From NCBI GenBank assembly GCA_018653085.1, contig JABIAY010000042.1, forward strand, positions 11,401-75,400: a stretch of 64,000 nucleotides of DNA. The letters run 5' to 3'. How positions within the stretch are numbered: position 1 is the stretch's first letter; each line of letters opens with the position of its first letter. The notes beneath the pieces are model-generated. The model was not told the origin of the DNA, ran no database searches, and worked only from the letters and a program-made list of their open reading frames with translations. Origin of the DNA: Nitrospina sp. (GTDB lineage: Bacteria > Nitrospinota > Nitrospinia > Nitrospinales > VA-1). The position numbers and the translations under genes are program-made. Positions 9,724 to 19,959 of this stretch are shown in pieces.

Positions 9724-9861
9724 AATCCTTGTTACAAATTCCCTTTAAGAAGGTCCGCCCCGGCCCTTGGCCAAAAGGGCCGGAGAATAAACAAAGGAAG
9801 GAGGGATACCTTTGTCGCGGACCAATTTAATATTTTTGAGCCTCTTTTTTACTTCGCCAGT

Positions 9862-10917
9862 TCATTCACCTGCGGTGACAACTTCGGTTTGTAATTCAAT
9901 GCCTGTTTTTTTCTTAACTTCTTCTTGAATATGCTCAATCAAACGGGTCACATCGTTAGCTGTGGCTCCGCCTTTGTTGACAATAAAATTTGCGTGTTTG
10001 AGCGAAACCCCGGCATTGCCAAGAGAAAGTCCTTTGAGTCCCAGGGATTCGATCAGCCTTCCTGCTTTATCCCCTTCAGGATTTTTGAAAACGGAACCCG
10101 AGTTGGGAATGGTTAATGGCTGAGTTCGTGCCCTGCGCGAGAGATGCTGGTCCATCGCGTTTTGAATATCAGGGCGATTCCCTTCTTCGAGTTCCAGCTC
10201 TGCTTCAATAATGATTCCTTCGCCATTTGGGAAAATGGTTTTTCTGTATTCGAAGGTAAGCTCATCGCGCTTCAAGGTCTGGATTTCCCCGTCCGGGTTG
10301 AGCAGGGTTACACTGCGAAGAACCTGACCAATTTCGGTGCCTTCTGCTCCGGCATTCATGACGATGGCTCCACCCAACGATCCTGGAATACCTACCAACT
10401 GCTCGATCCCAGTCAGGGAATAGCGAGCCGCGTGTTTGGCGAGGTAGGACATCTTCACTCCGGCCCCTGCCTTGATCACTGCCCGCCGGTTTCCGGTTTC
10501 CTTGCGGAAGAACAGGGGACGTTTGATATCTTTAAACTGATCCTTTAAAGAGACAACGATTCCTCGTATTCCACGGTCGCTGACAAGCAAATTGGTTCCC
10601 TCGCCTAGAATGAAAAGAGGCTGAGACCCTTTATTCTTCAAAATCGTTTGAATGTCGCGGACATCTTCAGGGAAAATCAATACATCCGCAGGGCCTCCGA
10701 TTTGAATAGAAGTGTAGGGGGCCAGAATTTCATTTTTAAGAATGTTGCCTTTAATTTTGTGTAACCAGGGAAAAGAATGGCTCATAGTTTTACTCTGATG
10801 AATTTTTTGACCCAGAACGGTTTTGGGGTACTCCATTCTGGTCTTGAGGTTAAACTCACTTCCTGTTCCAGAATGCGCTATGTGAATCAATCGGCGTTTC
10901 CAAGCTTCGTTAAGCAT
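9862..10917 (-). CDS. murB: UDP-N-acetylenolpyruvoylglucosamine reductase MurB
   Basis: LAPYTSIQIGGPAD...GEGTNLLV...GSVFKNP motifs. The N-terminus is uncertain; internal ATGs at 10836 and 10785 would give a more typical length. Confidence 0.9.
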   Translation of the reverse strand: MLNEAWKRRLIHIAHSGTGSEFNLKTRMEYPKTVLGQKIHQSKTMSHSFPWLHKIKGNILKNEILAPYTSIQIGGPADVLIFPEDVRDIQTILKNKGSQPLFILGEGTNLLVSDRGIRGIVVSLKDQFKDIKRPLFFRKETGNRRAVIKAGAGVKMSYLAKHAARYSLTGIEQLVGIPGSLGGAIVMNAGAEGTEIGQVLRSVTLLNPDGEIQTLKRDELTFEYRKTIFPNGEGIIIEAELELEEGNRPDIQNAMDQHLSRRARTQPLTIPNSGSVFKNPEGDKAGRLIESLGLKGLSLGNAGVSLKHANFIVNKGGATANDVTRLIEHIQEEVKKKTGIELQTEVVTAGE

Positions 10918-10947
10918 AGATGATGGTCCTCTCCTATTTGAAAACGA

Positions 10948-12324
10948 TCAATCGTTAAACCGGGATGCGAGCTTGTGGCTCAATTCCCCGATATTCCCTG
11001 CGCCGAGAGTCATGACGATGTCCCCCGGTTTAAGGATTTTTTGTAAATGTGGGATCACGGATTCCGTGCCCCCGATATATTCCACATTTTTATGTCCGAA
11101 CTCTTTCACACCTTCCGCGATTCTCTGGGAATCGATGCCTTCTTCCGCTTTTTCACCGGCTGAATAAATATCAAGCAGAAGCAGTTGATCGGCATCGTTG
11201 AAAGAGGAGAAAAAACTTTCCATGAGGTATTTCGTGCGTGAATAACGGTGAGGCTGGAAAATGATGACGAGCCTTCGATCCGGCCAAACTTCTTTTGCCG
11301 TTGACAGGGTGGCCTGGATTTCGGCTGGATGGTGGCCGTAATCGTCAACAATTATCAAAGACTCGGATTGTTTGAGAATTTCAAACCTTCTCTGTACTCC
11401 CGTAAAAGTTTTCAGCGATTCAGCTATAGTTGGGAAATCCATGTTCAATTCCATCCCAACTGCAACAGCCGCAAGGGTGTTGCACACATTGTGTCGCCCC
11501 AAAGCCCCGGATAATATTTTCCCCAGTTTTTTCCCTTGGTGATAAACCGTGAAATAGGTTTGTAATCCTTCCACGGAGATACTGCGGGCGGTGTAATCGG
11601 CCTGGGATTTCAAACCATAGGTAATGGTGCGTTTCTCAATTCTAGGAAGCAGAGATTGGAGATTGGCATCATCCAGGCACAGGACCGCGGCACCATAGAA
11701 AGGAATTTTGTTGAGAAATTGCAGAAATGTGGATTTCATATTCTCCATTGTTCGGTAAAAATCCATATGCTCTTCGTCAAGGGTTGTGACCACCGCAAGT
11801 GTGGGAGAAAGCTTGAGAAAAGAACCATCACTTTCATCCGCTTCGGCAATGAGGTACTGACTCTGGCCGAGTTTGGCGTGTCCACCCATATTCTTGATTC
11901 TTCCGCCAATCACCACTGTAGGGTCAAGGTCTCCGGAGGCCAGAACCGTGGCGACCAGCGATGTGGTTGTGGTTTTTCCATGCGTGCCCGCAATGGCAAT
12001 GCCATATTTCATTCGCATAAGTTCTGCCAACATTTCAGCCCTGGGAATGACCGGGATGGATTGCTCCCGGGCGGCTTGTACCTCTGCGTTGTCATCGCCG
12101 ATAGCGCTGGATACAACAACAACGTGTTTGCCCATGACATTTTCCGCGTTGTGCTCGTGGCAGATGTCAGCTCCCAAGGTCTTCAGGTGATCGGTAACCC
12201 GGTTCGAAGAAGGATCAGAACCGCTTACCTCGTACTCCTGATTGATGAGAACTTCAGCGATTCCGCTCATTCCCGATCCTCCGATCCCGATAAAATGGAT
12301 CCGTTGTATTTTTCCTAAAAACAT
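10948..12324 (-). CDS. murC: UDP-N-acetylmuramate--L-alanine ligase MurC
   Basis: IHFIGIGGSGMSGIAEVL and GTHGKTTTTS Mur ligase motifs. Confidence 0.97.
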   Translation of the reverse strand: MFLGKIQRIHFIGIGGSGMSGIAEVLINQEYEVSGSDPSSNRVTDHLKTLGADICHEHNAENVMGKHVVVVSSAIGDDNAEVQAAREQSIPVIPRAEMLAELMRMKYGIAIAGTHGKTTTTSLVATVLASGDLDPTVVIGGRIKNMGGHAKLGQSQYLIAEADESDGSFLKLSPTLAVVTTLDEEHMDFYRTMENMKSTFLQFLNKIPFYGAAVLCLDDANLQSLLPRIEKRTITYGLKSQADYTARSISVEGLQTYFTVYHQGKKLGKILSGALGRHNVCNTLAAVAVGMELNMDFPTIAESLKTFTGVQRRFEILKQSESLIIVDDYGHHPAEIQATLSTAKEVWPDRRLVIIFQPHRYSRTKYLMESFFSSFNDADQLLLLDIYSAGEKAEEGIDSQRIAEGVKEFGHKNVEYIGGTESVIPHLQKILKPGDIVMTLGAGNIGELSHKLASRFND

Positions 12325-13463
12325 GACAGAACATAATTCCCTTGTGTTTTTCCGGCATGGCCGGATTTCGGAGTTGCGTCTTCCAGTAACTCCATGCAGA
12401 TCTGGCGAACTTTTTCCGTAGCATCCCGGTTGCCCAACTGATAGCTGTTTTCTTCCATTTCCTCCATTCGTTCTGGATTGTCCATAGCGTGAAGAATGGA
12501 TTGAGCAATACGCGGGCCTGACAATTCCTGGTCGAGTACCAACTCACCGGCATCGGCGGCATCCAGCACACGGGCATTTTTTTCCTGATGATTATGAGCC
12601 GCATGAGGATATGGAATTAAGACGGATACTTTTCCGCAAGCGGTCACTTCCGCCAGGGTCGTGGCACCTGCCCGGCAAACTACCAGGGAGGCTTTACGGT
12701 ATTGCTCCGCCATGCCATCGATAAACGGCCTGACATCATGAGAGAGACCACTGTTTTCATATTCGCGTTTCACCATTTCGAAATCGCTTTCACCTGTCTG
12801 ATGGGTGATATGAATATTTCCTTTTTTGGAAGCAAGAGATTCCAATGCTTCCACCATGGCTACATTGATGGAGTGAGCCCCTTGACTGCCTCCCAGGACC
12901 AGCACGCGAAAGAGTCCTCGTGGCCCTTTGGGAAATGATTCCCGAGGCTGGCAGAATTCTTCTCGAATCATGTTCCCTGTTAGCTCGACTTTATCCTTGG
13001 AAAAGAACTTCGCCGATTCCTTGAATGAAACCGCGACCTTGTCGGCGACCTTTCCCAGCCATTTATTGGTGAGCCCGGGAATAGAGTTCTGCTCATGAAT
13101 AAGAATGGGAATCCGCAGTATCCAGGCGGAAAGAACCAGAGGCCCTGATACGTATCCGCCTACACCTACCACCAGGTCAGGCCGCTTCCTGATCAGGAAA
13201 CACATGGACTGAGCGGTGCCCACCGGCAACTTGGCCCAGGACATCCAGCGGGTGAGGCGTTTTTTACCAAGCAAACCTGCTGAGAGAATGGTTTTCAACT
13301 CAAACCCTTCGCGGGGAAGAACTTTTGCCTCGAGACCTTGTTGGGTTCCCACAAATGAAATTTCGATATTCATATCTTGCCTCGTTAGCGCTTTAGCTAA
13401 AGCGATTCCTGGGTAAAGATGGCCACCTGTGCCACCACCGGCTATGACAACTCGTTTTCGCAT
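12315..13463 (-). CDS. murG: Undecaprenyldiphospho-muramoylpentapeptide beta-N-acetylglucosaminyltransferase MurG
   Basis: GGTGGHLYPGIALA N-terminal motif. 10-nt overlap with murC. Confidence 0.95.
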   Translation of the reverse strand: MRKRVVIAGGGTGGHLYPGIALAKALTRQDMNIEISFVGTQQGLEAKVLPREGFELKTILSAGLLGKKRLTRWMSWAKLPVGTAQSMCFLIRKRPDLVVGVGGYVSGPLVLSAWILRIPILIHEQNSIPGLTNKWLGKVADKVAVSFKESAKFFSKDKVELTGNMIREEFCQPRESFPKGPRGLFRVLVLGGSQGAHSINVAMVEALESLASKKGNIHITHQTGESDFEMVKREYENSGLSHDVRPFIDGMAEQYRKASLVVCRAGATTLAEVTACGKVSVLIPYPHAAHNHQEKNARVLDAADAGELVLDQELSGPRIAQSILHAMDNPERMEEMEENSYQLGNRDATEKVRQICMELLEDATPKSGHAGKTQGNYVLSCF

Positions 13464-13473
13464 TCAATCGTTA

Positions 13474-14580
13474 TCAATGTTTTATCGTTTGCTCTGAAAT
13501 ATTCAGCAGAATGCCTACTGAAAGCATAGTGATTAACATTGACGACCCACCCATGCTGATGAAGGGCAGGGTTAATCCCTTTGTTGGAAGAAGCCCTACG
13601 GTCACTCCCAGATTGATAAAAGCCTGAAACCCGATCAAAAGGGTCAAGCCGGTTGCCAAATGAGTTCCAAACGGGTCTTTGGCTCGACAAGCGGTGACGA
13701 AACCTCTCCAGATCAATATTGAAAACAGGAGAACGATCGCCGTTGTTCCCAAAAACCCCAGCTCCTCCCCGATGACAGAAAAAATAAAATCTGTGTGAGC
13801 TTCGGGAAGATAAAAAAGTTTTTGATGGCTGGCTCCCAACCCGGTTCCCCAGTACCCTCCACGGCCAAAAGCGTAAAAAGACTGGATGGCTTGAAACCCT
13901 GCATTTGAAGGGTCTTGCCAGGGATCGAGAAAAGCGATAATCCTTCGGGTGCGGTACTCCGCACTCAGGATTGCTGATGCTATGAATGGAATCAGCGCAA
14001 GTACGGAAAGAAACAGAAACTTTTTTCTTAGACCGGCGACAAAAAGCATCGTGAAGGTAACCATGCAAATAATTACGGCGGTGCCAAAATCGGGTTGAAA
14101 TAAAATCGGAATAAAAAAGAAACCCAGGACGACCAGATTGGGAAGGTAGCCGTAAGCGAAGTCCCTCAGCTTGTCGGCTCTTTTGACCAGAGATTTGGCG
14201 ATAAAAAGAACGAGGGTAAACTTTGCCAGTTCCGAGGGCTGAAAAGAAAATCCCCCCAGGGTCAGCCATCTTCGCGCTCCACCGACCTCTTTGCTGACTT
14301 GCGGAAACATAACGGCAAGCAGAAGCAGAAAAGTCGCCAGCATGATGGGGTAGGTGTGCTGTTGCAATTTGCGGTAGTCCATTCTTTTGACTACAAGCAG
14401 AACCCCTGTTCCCAGAAGGCACCAGACAGCCTGGCGTTTGAGAAAATAATAGGAGTCGTTGTATTTTTCCAGGGCGTACACAGCGCTTGAGCTGAAAACC
14501 ATAACGATGCCCACCAGAACCAGAACGGCCACGGTGATGCCCATTAACGAATCCGAATGTTTTTCCTGAGATGCGGTCAA
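13474..14580 (-). CDS. ftsW: Peptidoglycan glycosyltransferase FtsW (SEDS family)
   Basis: Polytopic membrane protein with QPSELAKF and PDFGTA SEDS motifs. Lies between murD and murG. Confidence 0.93.
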   Translation of the reverse strand: MTASQEKHSDSLMGITVAVLVLVGIVMVFSSSAVYALEKYNDSYYFLKRQAVWCLLGTGVLLVVKRMDYRKLQQHTYPIMLATFLLLLAVMFPQVSKEVGGARRWLTLGGFSFQPSELAKFTLVLFIAKSLVKRADKLRDFAYGYLPNLVVLGFFFIPILFQPDFGTAVIICMVTFTMLFVAGLRKKFLFLSVLALIPFIASAILSAEYRTRRIIAFLDPWQDPSNAGFQAIQSFYAFGRGGYWGTGLGASHQKLFYLPEAHTDFIFSVIGEELGFLGTTAIVLLFSILIWRGFVTACRAKDPFGTHLATGLTLLIGFQAFINLGVTVGLLPTKGLTLPFISMGGSSMLITMLSVGILLNISEQTIKH

Positions 14581-14586
14581 AATCCA

Positions 14587-15930
14587 TTATCCTTCCAGGT
14601 TTTTAACGATCGTTTTAAAACGGTTTCCCCGGTCCTCGTAATCTTTAAACATGTCAAAACTTGCGCAGGCTGGTGAGAGGAGAACAACATCCCCCTCTTC
14701 AGCTTTTACTTTTGCCAAACGAACTGCCTCTTCCAAGCTATCGCTTTCTTCATAACCAAAGGAGCCGTTCAGAATCCCTTTAAACTTGTCGCGGGTCTCG
14801 CCGATGAGAACCAGGTGTTTGACTTTTTCTTTCATCAGGCTCTTTAAAGGGGAAAAGTCTGTTTCTTTATCCTTGCCTCCCGCGATGAGAATGATGGGGC
14901 GGTCAAAAGTGTTCAATGATTTGCAAACAGAGCCTACGTTGGTCCCCTTGGAATCGTTGACGAAATCGACACCATTCAGGGTGCGGACCCATTCCAGTCG
15001 ATGCTCAAGGACCGTGAAATTTTTCAGAGCCTGTAGAATGACTTCTTGCGATACATCGAGAAGTAAAGCAACGGCAATGGCGGGAAGAATATTTTCGGCC
15101 TGCCACTGCACTCCTTTGGGTAACGATTCAAGGGATACCATTTCCCTGTCGTTGTTTTGAAAGCGGGCGATAATTTTGTTCCCACGCAAAAAGATTCCTT
15201 TATCAAGCTCAGTTTGAGTGCTGAATAAAATACGCTCAGCCGGACAGTCTTTCCCAAGGTTTCGGGTATTGGGGTCATCCTGGTTCAGTATCAAAAAATC
15301 ATTTTGAGTCTGGTTGGCAAATATTTTTTCTTTCAGCTCAACATAGGTTTTAAAATCTTTATGCCGGTCCATGTGGTCCGGGCTGATATTCAGAATGACT
15401 GAAACCATCGGGTGAAGTCCTGATGTGGCTTCCATTTGAAAGCTGGAAAGCTCGAGAACTCTGTAGTCGGCATCACCCTGATCTAACAGGGAAATGAACG
15501 GAGTCCCCAGGTTTCCTCCTGCATGTGCGGTTTTCCCGGACTGGCTGATAATTTCAGCGATCAGGCTGGTGCAGGTGGATTTGCCGTTAGTTCCGGTGAT
15601 GGCAATGATCGGAACAGTATTGAACCGGCTCGCCAACTCAATTTCGCTGATGATTTCGATTTTTTCCCGTTTGGTGTTTTCAAGAAACGGTGAGTGAATA
15701 TCCACTCCCGGACTCAATACAACCAGTTCCGTGTCAGCAGGCGGTGCAGGGTTTTCAAAACGAGTTTTCACATCAGTACGCAATTGTTTCAGGGGCTCTA
15801 ATAATTGTTCGCGAGGCTTGCTGTCTGTCACCGTGACACGGGCTCCCTGCCGGGAAAGAAAATTAGCCACGGCGATGCCCGTTTTGCCAAGTCCGATTAC
15901 GCATAGAATTTTGTTTTTAAGTTCCATCAT
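14587..15930 (-). CDS. murD: UDP-N-acetylmuramoylalanine--D-glutamate ligase MurD
   Basis: VIGLGKTGIAVA and GTNGKSTCTS motifs. I set the start at ATG 15930 (MMELKNK), giving a TAATG overlap with the mraY stop. Confidence 0.95.
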   Translation of the reverse strand: MMELKNKILCVIGLGKTGIAVANFLSRQGARVTVTDSKPREQLLEPLKQLRTDVKTRFENPAPPADTELVVLSPGVDIHSPFLENTKREKIEIISEIELASRFNTVPIIAITGTNGKSTCTSLIAEIISQSGKTAHAGGNLGTPFISLLDQGDADYRVLELSSFQMEATSGLHPMVSVILNISPDHMDRHKDFKTYVELKEKIFANQTQNDFLILNQDDPNTRNLGKDCPAERILFSTQTELDKGIFLRGNKIIARFQNNDREMVSLESLPKGVQWQAENILPAIAVALLLDVSQEVILQALKNFTVLEHRLEWVRTLNGVDFVNDSKGTNVGSVCKSLNTFDRPIILIAGGKDKETDFSPLKSLMKEKVKHLVLIGETRDKFKGILNGSFGYEESDSLEEAVRLAKVKAEEGDVVLLSPACASFDMFKDYEDRGNRFKTIVKNLEG

Positions 15931-17015
15931 TACCTGAGCTTCAGGGTGCTGAGACTGATCATGGCTAGAATCACCGCGACAATCCAAAATCGCACAATGA
16001 CCTTGGGTTCCGACCAGCCCAACGCCTCAAAATGGTGATGAAGCGGAGCCATTCTGAAAACACGTTTTCCACCTGAGTATTTGAAATAACCGACCTGAAT
16101 GATGACGGACAGTGCTTCAATCACGAAAACACCGCCAACAAGAATCAGCAGGAGTTCATGCTTGACGATCACCGCAATGGTGCCCAGCAATCCTCCGAGA
16201 GATAAGGACCCTACATCTCCCATAAATATTTGCGCGGGATAGGAGTTGTACCAAAGGAAACCCAGGCTGGCCCCCATAACTGCCGAGCTGGCGATGGCGA
16301 TTTCTCCCGCATCTTTGATGTGCTGAATACGAAGGTATTCTGAAAAATTGAAGTGACCGCAGATATAAACGATGCCGGTATAAGTAAGGGTAGCGATGAT
16401 AATGGGGCCGATCGCCAACCCATCCAACCCGTCTGTCAGGTTGACAGCGTTGGAAGTTCCTACCACTATGAAAACAATAAAAAGCAGGTATCCGGCTCCC
16501 AGGTCAGGCTGGAACCCTTTAAAGAAGGGGACCGACAAGCGTGTAGCATATTCTGTGCGGGTCGGATCAAAATACAGCAGGTAAATTCCAACACCCAGAC
16601 TTAGCAAGACCTGAAGCAAAATCTTTTCTTTTGCGCTGATACCTTTCCCCCTTCTTAATTTCAGGAGATCGTCACGGAACCCGATAGCTCCAAAACCAAG
16701 AGCGGAAAGCAGGACAAGCCAGATATAATGATTGCTCAAATCAGCCCATAGCAGGGTAGAGCACCCGAATGTTGCCAGAATAAGCAGTCCGCCCATCGTC
16801 GGAGTTCCAGACTTGGAGCTATGGTGCTGGGGTCCGTCGCTACGGATTTTTTCCTGTATCTGGAATTTCTGCAAAATGCGAATCATCAGGCCGCCCAGAA
16901 CAAGACTCAATCCCAATGCCGTGATTCCGGAATAGGCTGACCGGAAGGTGATGTACTTAAAGACATTGAATATTGAATAGTCCGAACTGAGCGGATAAAA
17001 AAAGTGATAAAACAT
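15930..17015 (-). CDS. mraY: Phospho-N-acetylmuramoyl-pentapeptide transferase MraY
   Basis: NAVNLTDGLDGLA and MGDVGSLSLGG motifs. Polytopic membrane protein. Confidence 0.97.
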   Translation of the reverse strand: MFYHFFYPLSSDYSIFNVFKYITFRSAYSGITALGLSLVLGGLMIRILQKFQIQEKIRSDGPQHHSSKSGTPTMGGLLILATFGCSTLLWADLSNHYIWLVLLSALGFGAIGFRDDLLKLRRGKGISAKEKILLQVLLSLGVGIYLLYFDPTRTEYATRLSVPFFKGFQPDLGAGYLLFIVFIVVGTSNAVNLTDGLDGLAIGPIIIATLTYTGIVYICGHFNFSEYLRIQHIKDAGEIAIASSAVMGASLGFLWYNSYPAQIFMGDVGSLSLGGLLGTIAVIVKHELLLILVGGVFVIEALSVIIQVGYFKYSGGKRVFRMAPLHHHFEALGWSEPKVIVRFWIVAVILAMISLSTLKLR

Positions 17016-17017
17016 TT

Positions 17018-18421
17018 TTAATTATTGCTCGCGATAAAAATTTGTAATATTTTTTCTATTGCGGCTCCTCGTGAGCCCTTGAACATCACACAGTCCTTAA
17101 TCTTTGCTTCCTGAATTAAAAACTCAGCCGCCTCCTGATGGTCGGCAAATTCCAGAATTTGAATTTTTTCCCCTGCAAGGGCTTGAGCGCTTTTCGCTGA
17201 CAAACCTGCCAACTTTCCCACTGCGACCAGAATGTTTGTTTTGGATTGGGCGATTTCTTCCCCCAAATTTTTATGTGCGGGGATAGACCGGTCCCCTAAC
17301 TCGAGCATGTCCCCGATAACGAAAATCCGTCGACCCTGGGTTTTAAAGTTGTCCAGAGTTTTCAAGGCTTCGGTCATGGACCGGGGATTGGCGTTGTAAG
17401 CATCATTTATAAGATCGATTCCCCTATGCTGAAGTTGCTCATTACGTTGGGACATGCGCTGGTAATTTTCCAATCCGCGGGTCATGGTTTCTTCCTGAAT
17501 CCCCATGGAATAACCGGTTGCCAGTGCGGCGAGGGTGTTATAAATATTGCAGTAGCCAAGATAGGGAAGGCGAATGGAAAGAGTTTTGTCGAAGAGCTTG
17601 ACCTTGAATTGAAACCCCTGGTTGTCCTTGCTTTCTATTTCGCTTGCTCGCACATCCGCAGGCTGGTCGATGCCGAAGGTGACAGTCCTGGCGCGAAGCG
17701 ACCGGGCCAGTTCCAGAACCAGCGGATCATCGGCGTTGACAATGGCTGTGCCCTTTTCCGTCAACGAGTCAAACAACTCTCCTTTTGCGGACTGAATATC
17801 TTTAAGGTTTTTCAATTGCACCAGATGTCCTTCGGAAATATTGGTGATCACGCCAATATCCGGTTGTGCGATCTCTGCCAGTCTTTTGATCTCACCCATC
17901 GCGCTCATGCCCATTTCAAGAACTCCCACTTCATGAGAGGATTCCCTCTTCAGAAGAGTCAGAGGCAGGCCAATATGGTTGTTCAGGTTGCCCTGAGTCT
18001 TCAAGGTCTTGAACTTGGTTGCCAATATTGAAGCGATCATTTCCTTGGTGGTCGACTTCCCATTTGTCCCGGTAACGGCAACGACCTTGAATGGAAACCG
18101 TTTTCTCTGAAAACCCGCCAAATCCTGCAAGGCTTTAAGTGTGTCCGGGACCTGGATCACAAATGGTTTCTCTGCAACACGGCCGGTTTCACCGGGTAAT
18201 TTTTCAGGGTCAGACAGAATGATTCCTCCAGCCCCTTTATCAATCGCGTCAGCAAGAAAATTATGTCCGTCAAAACGCTCTCCCTTAACGCAAACGAATA
18301 ACTCCCCCTTCGAGACCGTCCGGGAATTTATGGATACTCCCTTAAACAGACAATCAAGGTCTCCATGCAGGAGCTGTCCTTTAATGGCGTTGAGACAATC
18401 TTGTGCTTGACCTTGCATCAA
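17018..18421 (-). CDS. murF: UDP-N-acetylmuramoyl-tripeptide--D-alanyl-D-alanine ligase MurF
   Basis: VTGTNGKSTTKEM Mur ligase P-loop. Position between murE and mraY. Confidence 0.95.
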   Translation of the reverse strand: MMQGQAQDCLNAIKGQLLHGDLDCLFKGVSINSRTVSKGELFVCVKGERFDGHNFLADAIDKGAGGIILSDPEKLPGETGRVAEKPFVIQVPDTLKALQDLAGFQRKRFPFKVVAVTGTNGKSTTKEMIASILATKFKTLKTQGNLNNHIGLPLTLLKRESSHEVGVLEMGMSAMGEIKRLAEIAQPDIGVITNISEGHLVQLKNLKDIQSAKGELFDSLTEKGTAIVNADDPLVLELARSLRARTVTFGIDQPADVRASEIESKDNQGFQFKVKLFDKTLSIRLPYLGYCNIYNTLAALATGYSMGIQEETMTRGLENYQRMSQRNEQLQHRGIDLINDAYNANPRSMTEALKTLDNFKTQGRRIFVIGDMLELGDRSIPAHKNLGEEIAQSKTNILVAVGKLAGLSAKSAQALAGEKIQILEFADHQEAAEFLIQEAKIKDCVMFKGSRGAAIEKILQIFIASNN

Positions 18422-19959
18422 TGCGTCCTTAAAGCAGAACGGGCGACTTCCCGATCATCAAAGTGAATAGTTTCTGTCCCCAGAATCTGATAATCCTCAT
18501 GACCTTTTCCCGCAATGAGAACAAGGTCGTTTTTATCGGCGAGATGGATGGCGTGTTCAATAGCCTCTTGCCGATTAATAATAGCTGTATAGTTGCTACC
18601 CTCTTTTGCAGAAGAAGGGAGGCCTCGAAGAATGTCTTCAATGATCTGTCCCGGGTCTTCTGATCTTGGGTTGTCAGAGGTGATGACGGAATAATCCGCT
18701 TCACTTAAAACGGCTTGCCCCATGGTTTTTCTTTTTCCCTTGTCGCGATCGCCGCCACAACCAAACACCACAATCAATTTGCCTTCTGTAAAAGCTTTTG
18801 CCGCAGAGATTGCGTTGGATAGCGCGTCATCGGTATGCGCGTAATCCACCAGCACAGAAATCCCCTGGCTGTTTTCGATGCGTTCGAACCGGCCAGGGAT
18901 AGGCTGGACCTGGCGAAGTACTTCCTGGACCCTTCCGAGCGAAATACCCTGAACCATAGCGCCTGCCACAGCAGAGAGAAGGTTGTAGACATTGTGTCGT
19001 CCGAGCAGATTGGAGACGATTTCTTCCGTCCCAAAAGGAGTTTTCAGGGTAAATTGGCAACCCGATTTTGTGAGCGTAATGTCTTCAGCCTTGAAATCCG
19101 CATTGCTGTCAATGCCCGTGGTGACGGAACCCGCTTTAAATTCACGAAAAAATTCTTGCCCGACTGTATCGTCAATATTAAAAATTCGATGTTGTACCCG
19201 GTTTTCCAGGAAAAGTTTTTTCTTGGCATTTTTGTAGTGCTCCATATCGCCATGAAAATCCAAATGATCGCGGCTCAGGTTGGTAAAAATACCCGCCTTG
19301 AAACGCATGTCATGAACACGGCTTTGGTGCAGAGCGTGGGAAGAGACTTCCAGGAAACACTTTTCAATTTTTTCTTCGATCATTTCATCCAGCATCCGGT
19401 TTAAGTCCAGAGACTCTGGTGTTGTAACAGGGGCTGGAAATTTTTTGCCGTCGTAATGGTAATCGATGGTGCCTATAACCCCGATTTTCTCCGTCCTGAA
19501 TAAAGCTTCAAGAATATAGGATGTGGTGGTTTTCCCGTTTGTCCCGGTAATTCCCGTTAAGGCTAATCGTTCTGAAGGGTTGCTGTAAAAATTGGCGCTG
19601 ACGATAGAAAGCGCTTTTCGGGAATCTTCGACATGTAAGGCTGTGATGTCGCGCGACCCCAGGCCAAGTCCGTTCAGGGAATCGAGAGGCATTTGTGTAA
19701 TGAATGCCGATGCCCCCTGGGCGATCGCATCTTTTATGAAAGCACCTCCATCCAGGTTTCCTCCCGGTATGGCCACAAACAAGCTGTCTGGGCCCACCTT
19801 CCTGGAGTCGTAGGCGACTTCACGAACTGCCCGGTCCATGGTTCCCCGAGTATCACTAACGGGCAAGCCCATGACCAAATGCGAAAGTTTTGTATTGTCA
19901 GTCACGTTTAGATAACCACTTTCAAGATACGAGTTTGTCGAAATTGTTGTTTGCATCAT
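18418..19959 (-). CDS. murE: UDP-N-acetylmuramoyl-L-alanyl-D-glutamate--2,6-diaminopimelate ligase MurE
   Basis: GITGTNGKTTTS, and DNPRSEDP near the C-terminus. 4-nt overlaps with both neighbours. Confidence 0.95.
   Translation of the reverse strand: MMQTTISTNSYLESGYLNVTDNTKLSHLVMGLPVSDTRGTMDRAVREVAYDSRKVGPDSLFVAIPGGNLDGGAFIKDAIAQGASAFITQMPLDSLNGLGLGSRDITALHVEDSRKALSIVSANFYSNPSERLALTGITGTNGKTTTSYILEALFRTEKIGVIGTIDYHYDGKKFPAPVTTPESLDLNRMLDEMIEEKIEKCFLEVSSHALHQSRVHDMRFKAGIFTNLSRDHLDFHGDMEHYKNAKKKLFLENRVQHRIFNIDDTVGQEFFREFKAGSVTTGIDSNADFKAEDITLTKSGCQFTLKTPFGTEEIVSNLLGRHNVYNLLSAVAGAMVQGISLGRVQEVLRQVQPIPGRFERIENSQGISVLVDYAHTDDALSNAISAAKAFTEGKLIVVFGCGGDRDKGKRKTMGQAVLSEADYSVITSDNPRSEDPGQIIEDILRGLPSSAKEGSNYTAIINRQEAIEHAIHLADKNDLVLIAGKGHEDYQILGTETIHFDDREVARSALRTH

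Noticed and set aside
9760-9783. Perfect 9-bp GC-rich hairpin (CCGGCCCTT-N6-AAGGGCCGG) between murB and ddl as an internal terminator
   Set aside because: No U-tract follows it on the transcribed (minus) strand, and the dcw genes on both sides are expected to be co-transcribed. At most it is an RNA stability or processing element.
13442-14587. 381-aa ORF on the minus strand covering the ftsW locus in another frame
   Set aside because: The composition is Arg/Ser/Gly/Pro-rich and low in complexity. It fully overlaps the well-supported ftsW frame, so it is an alternative-frame artefact.
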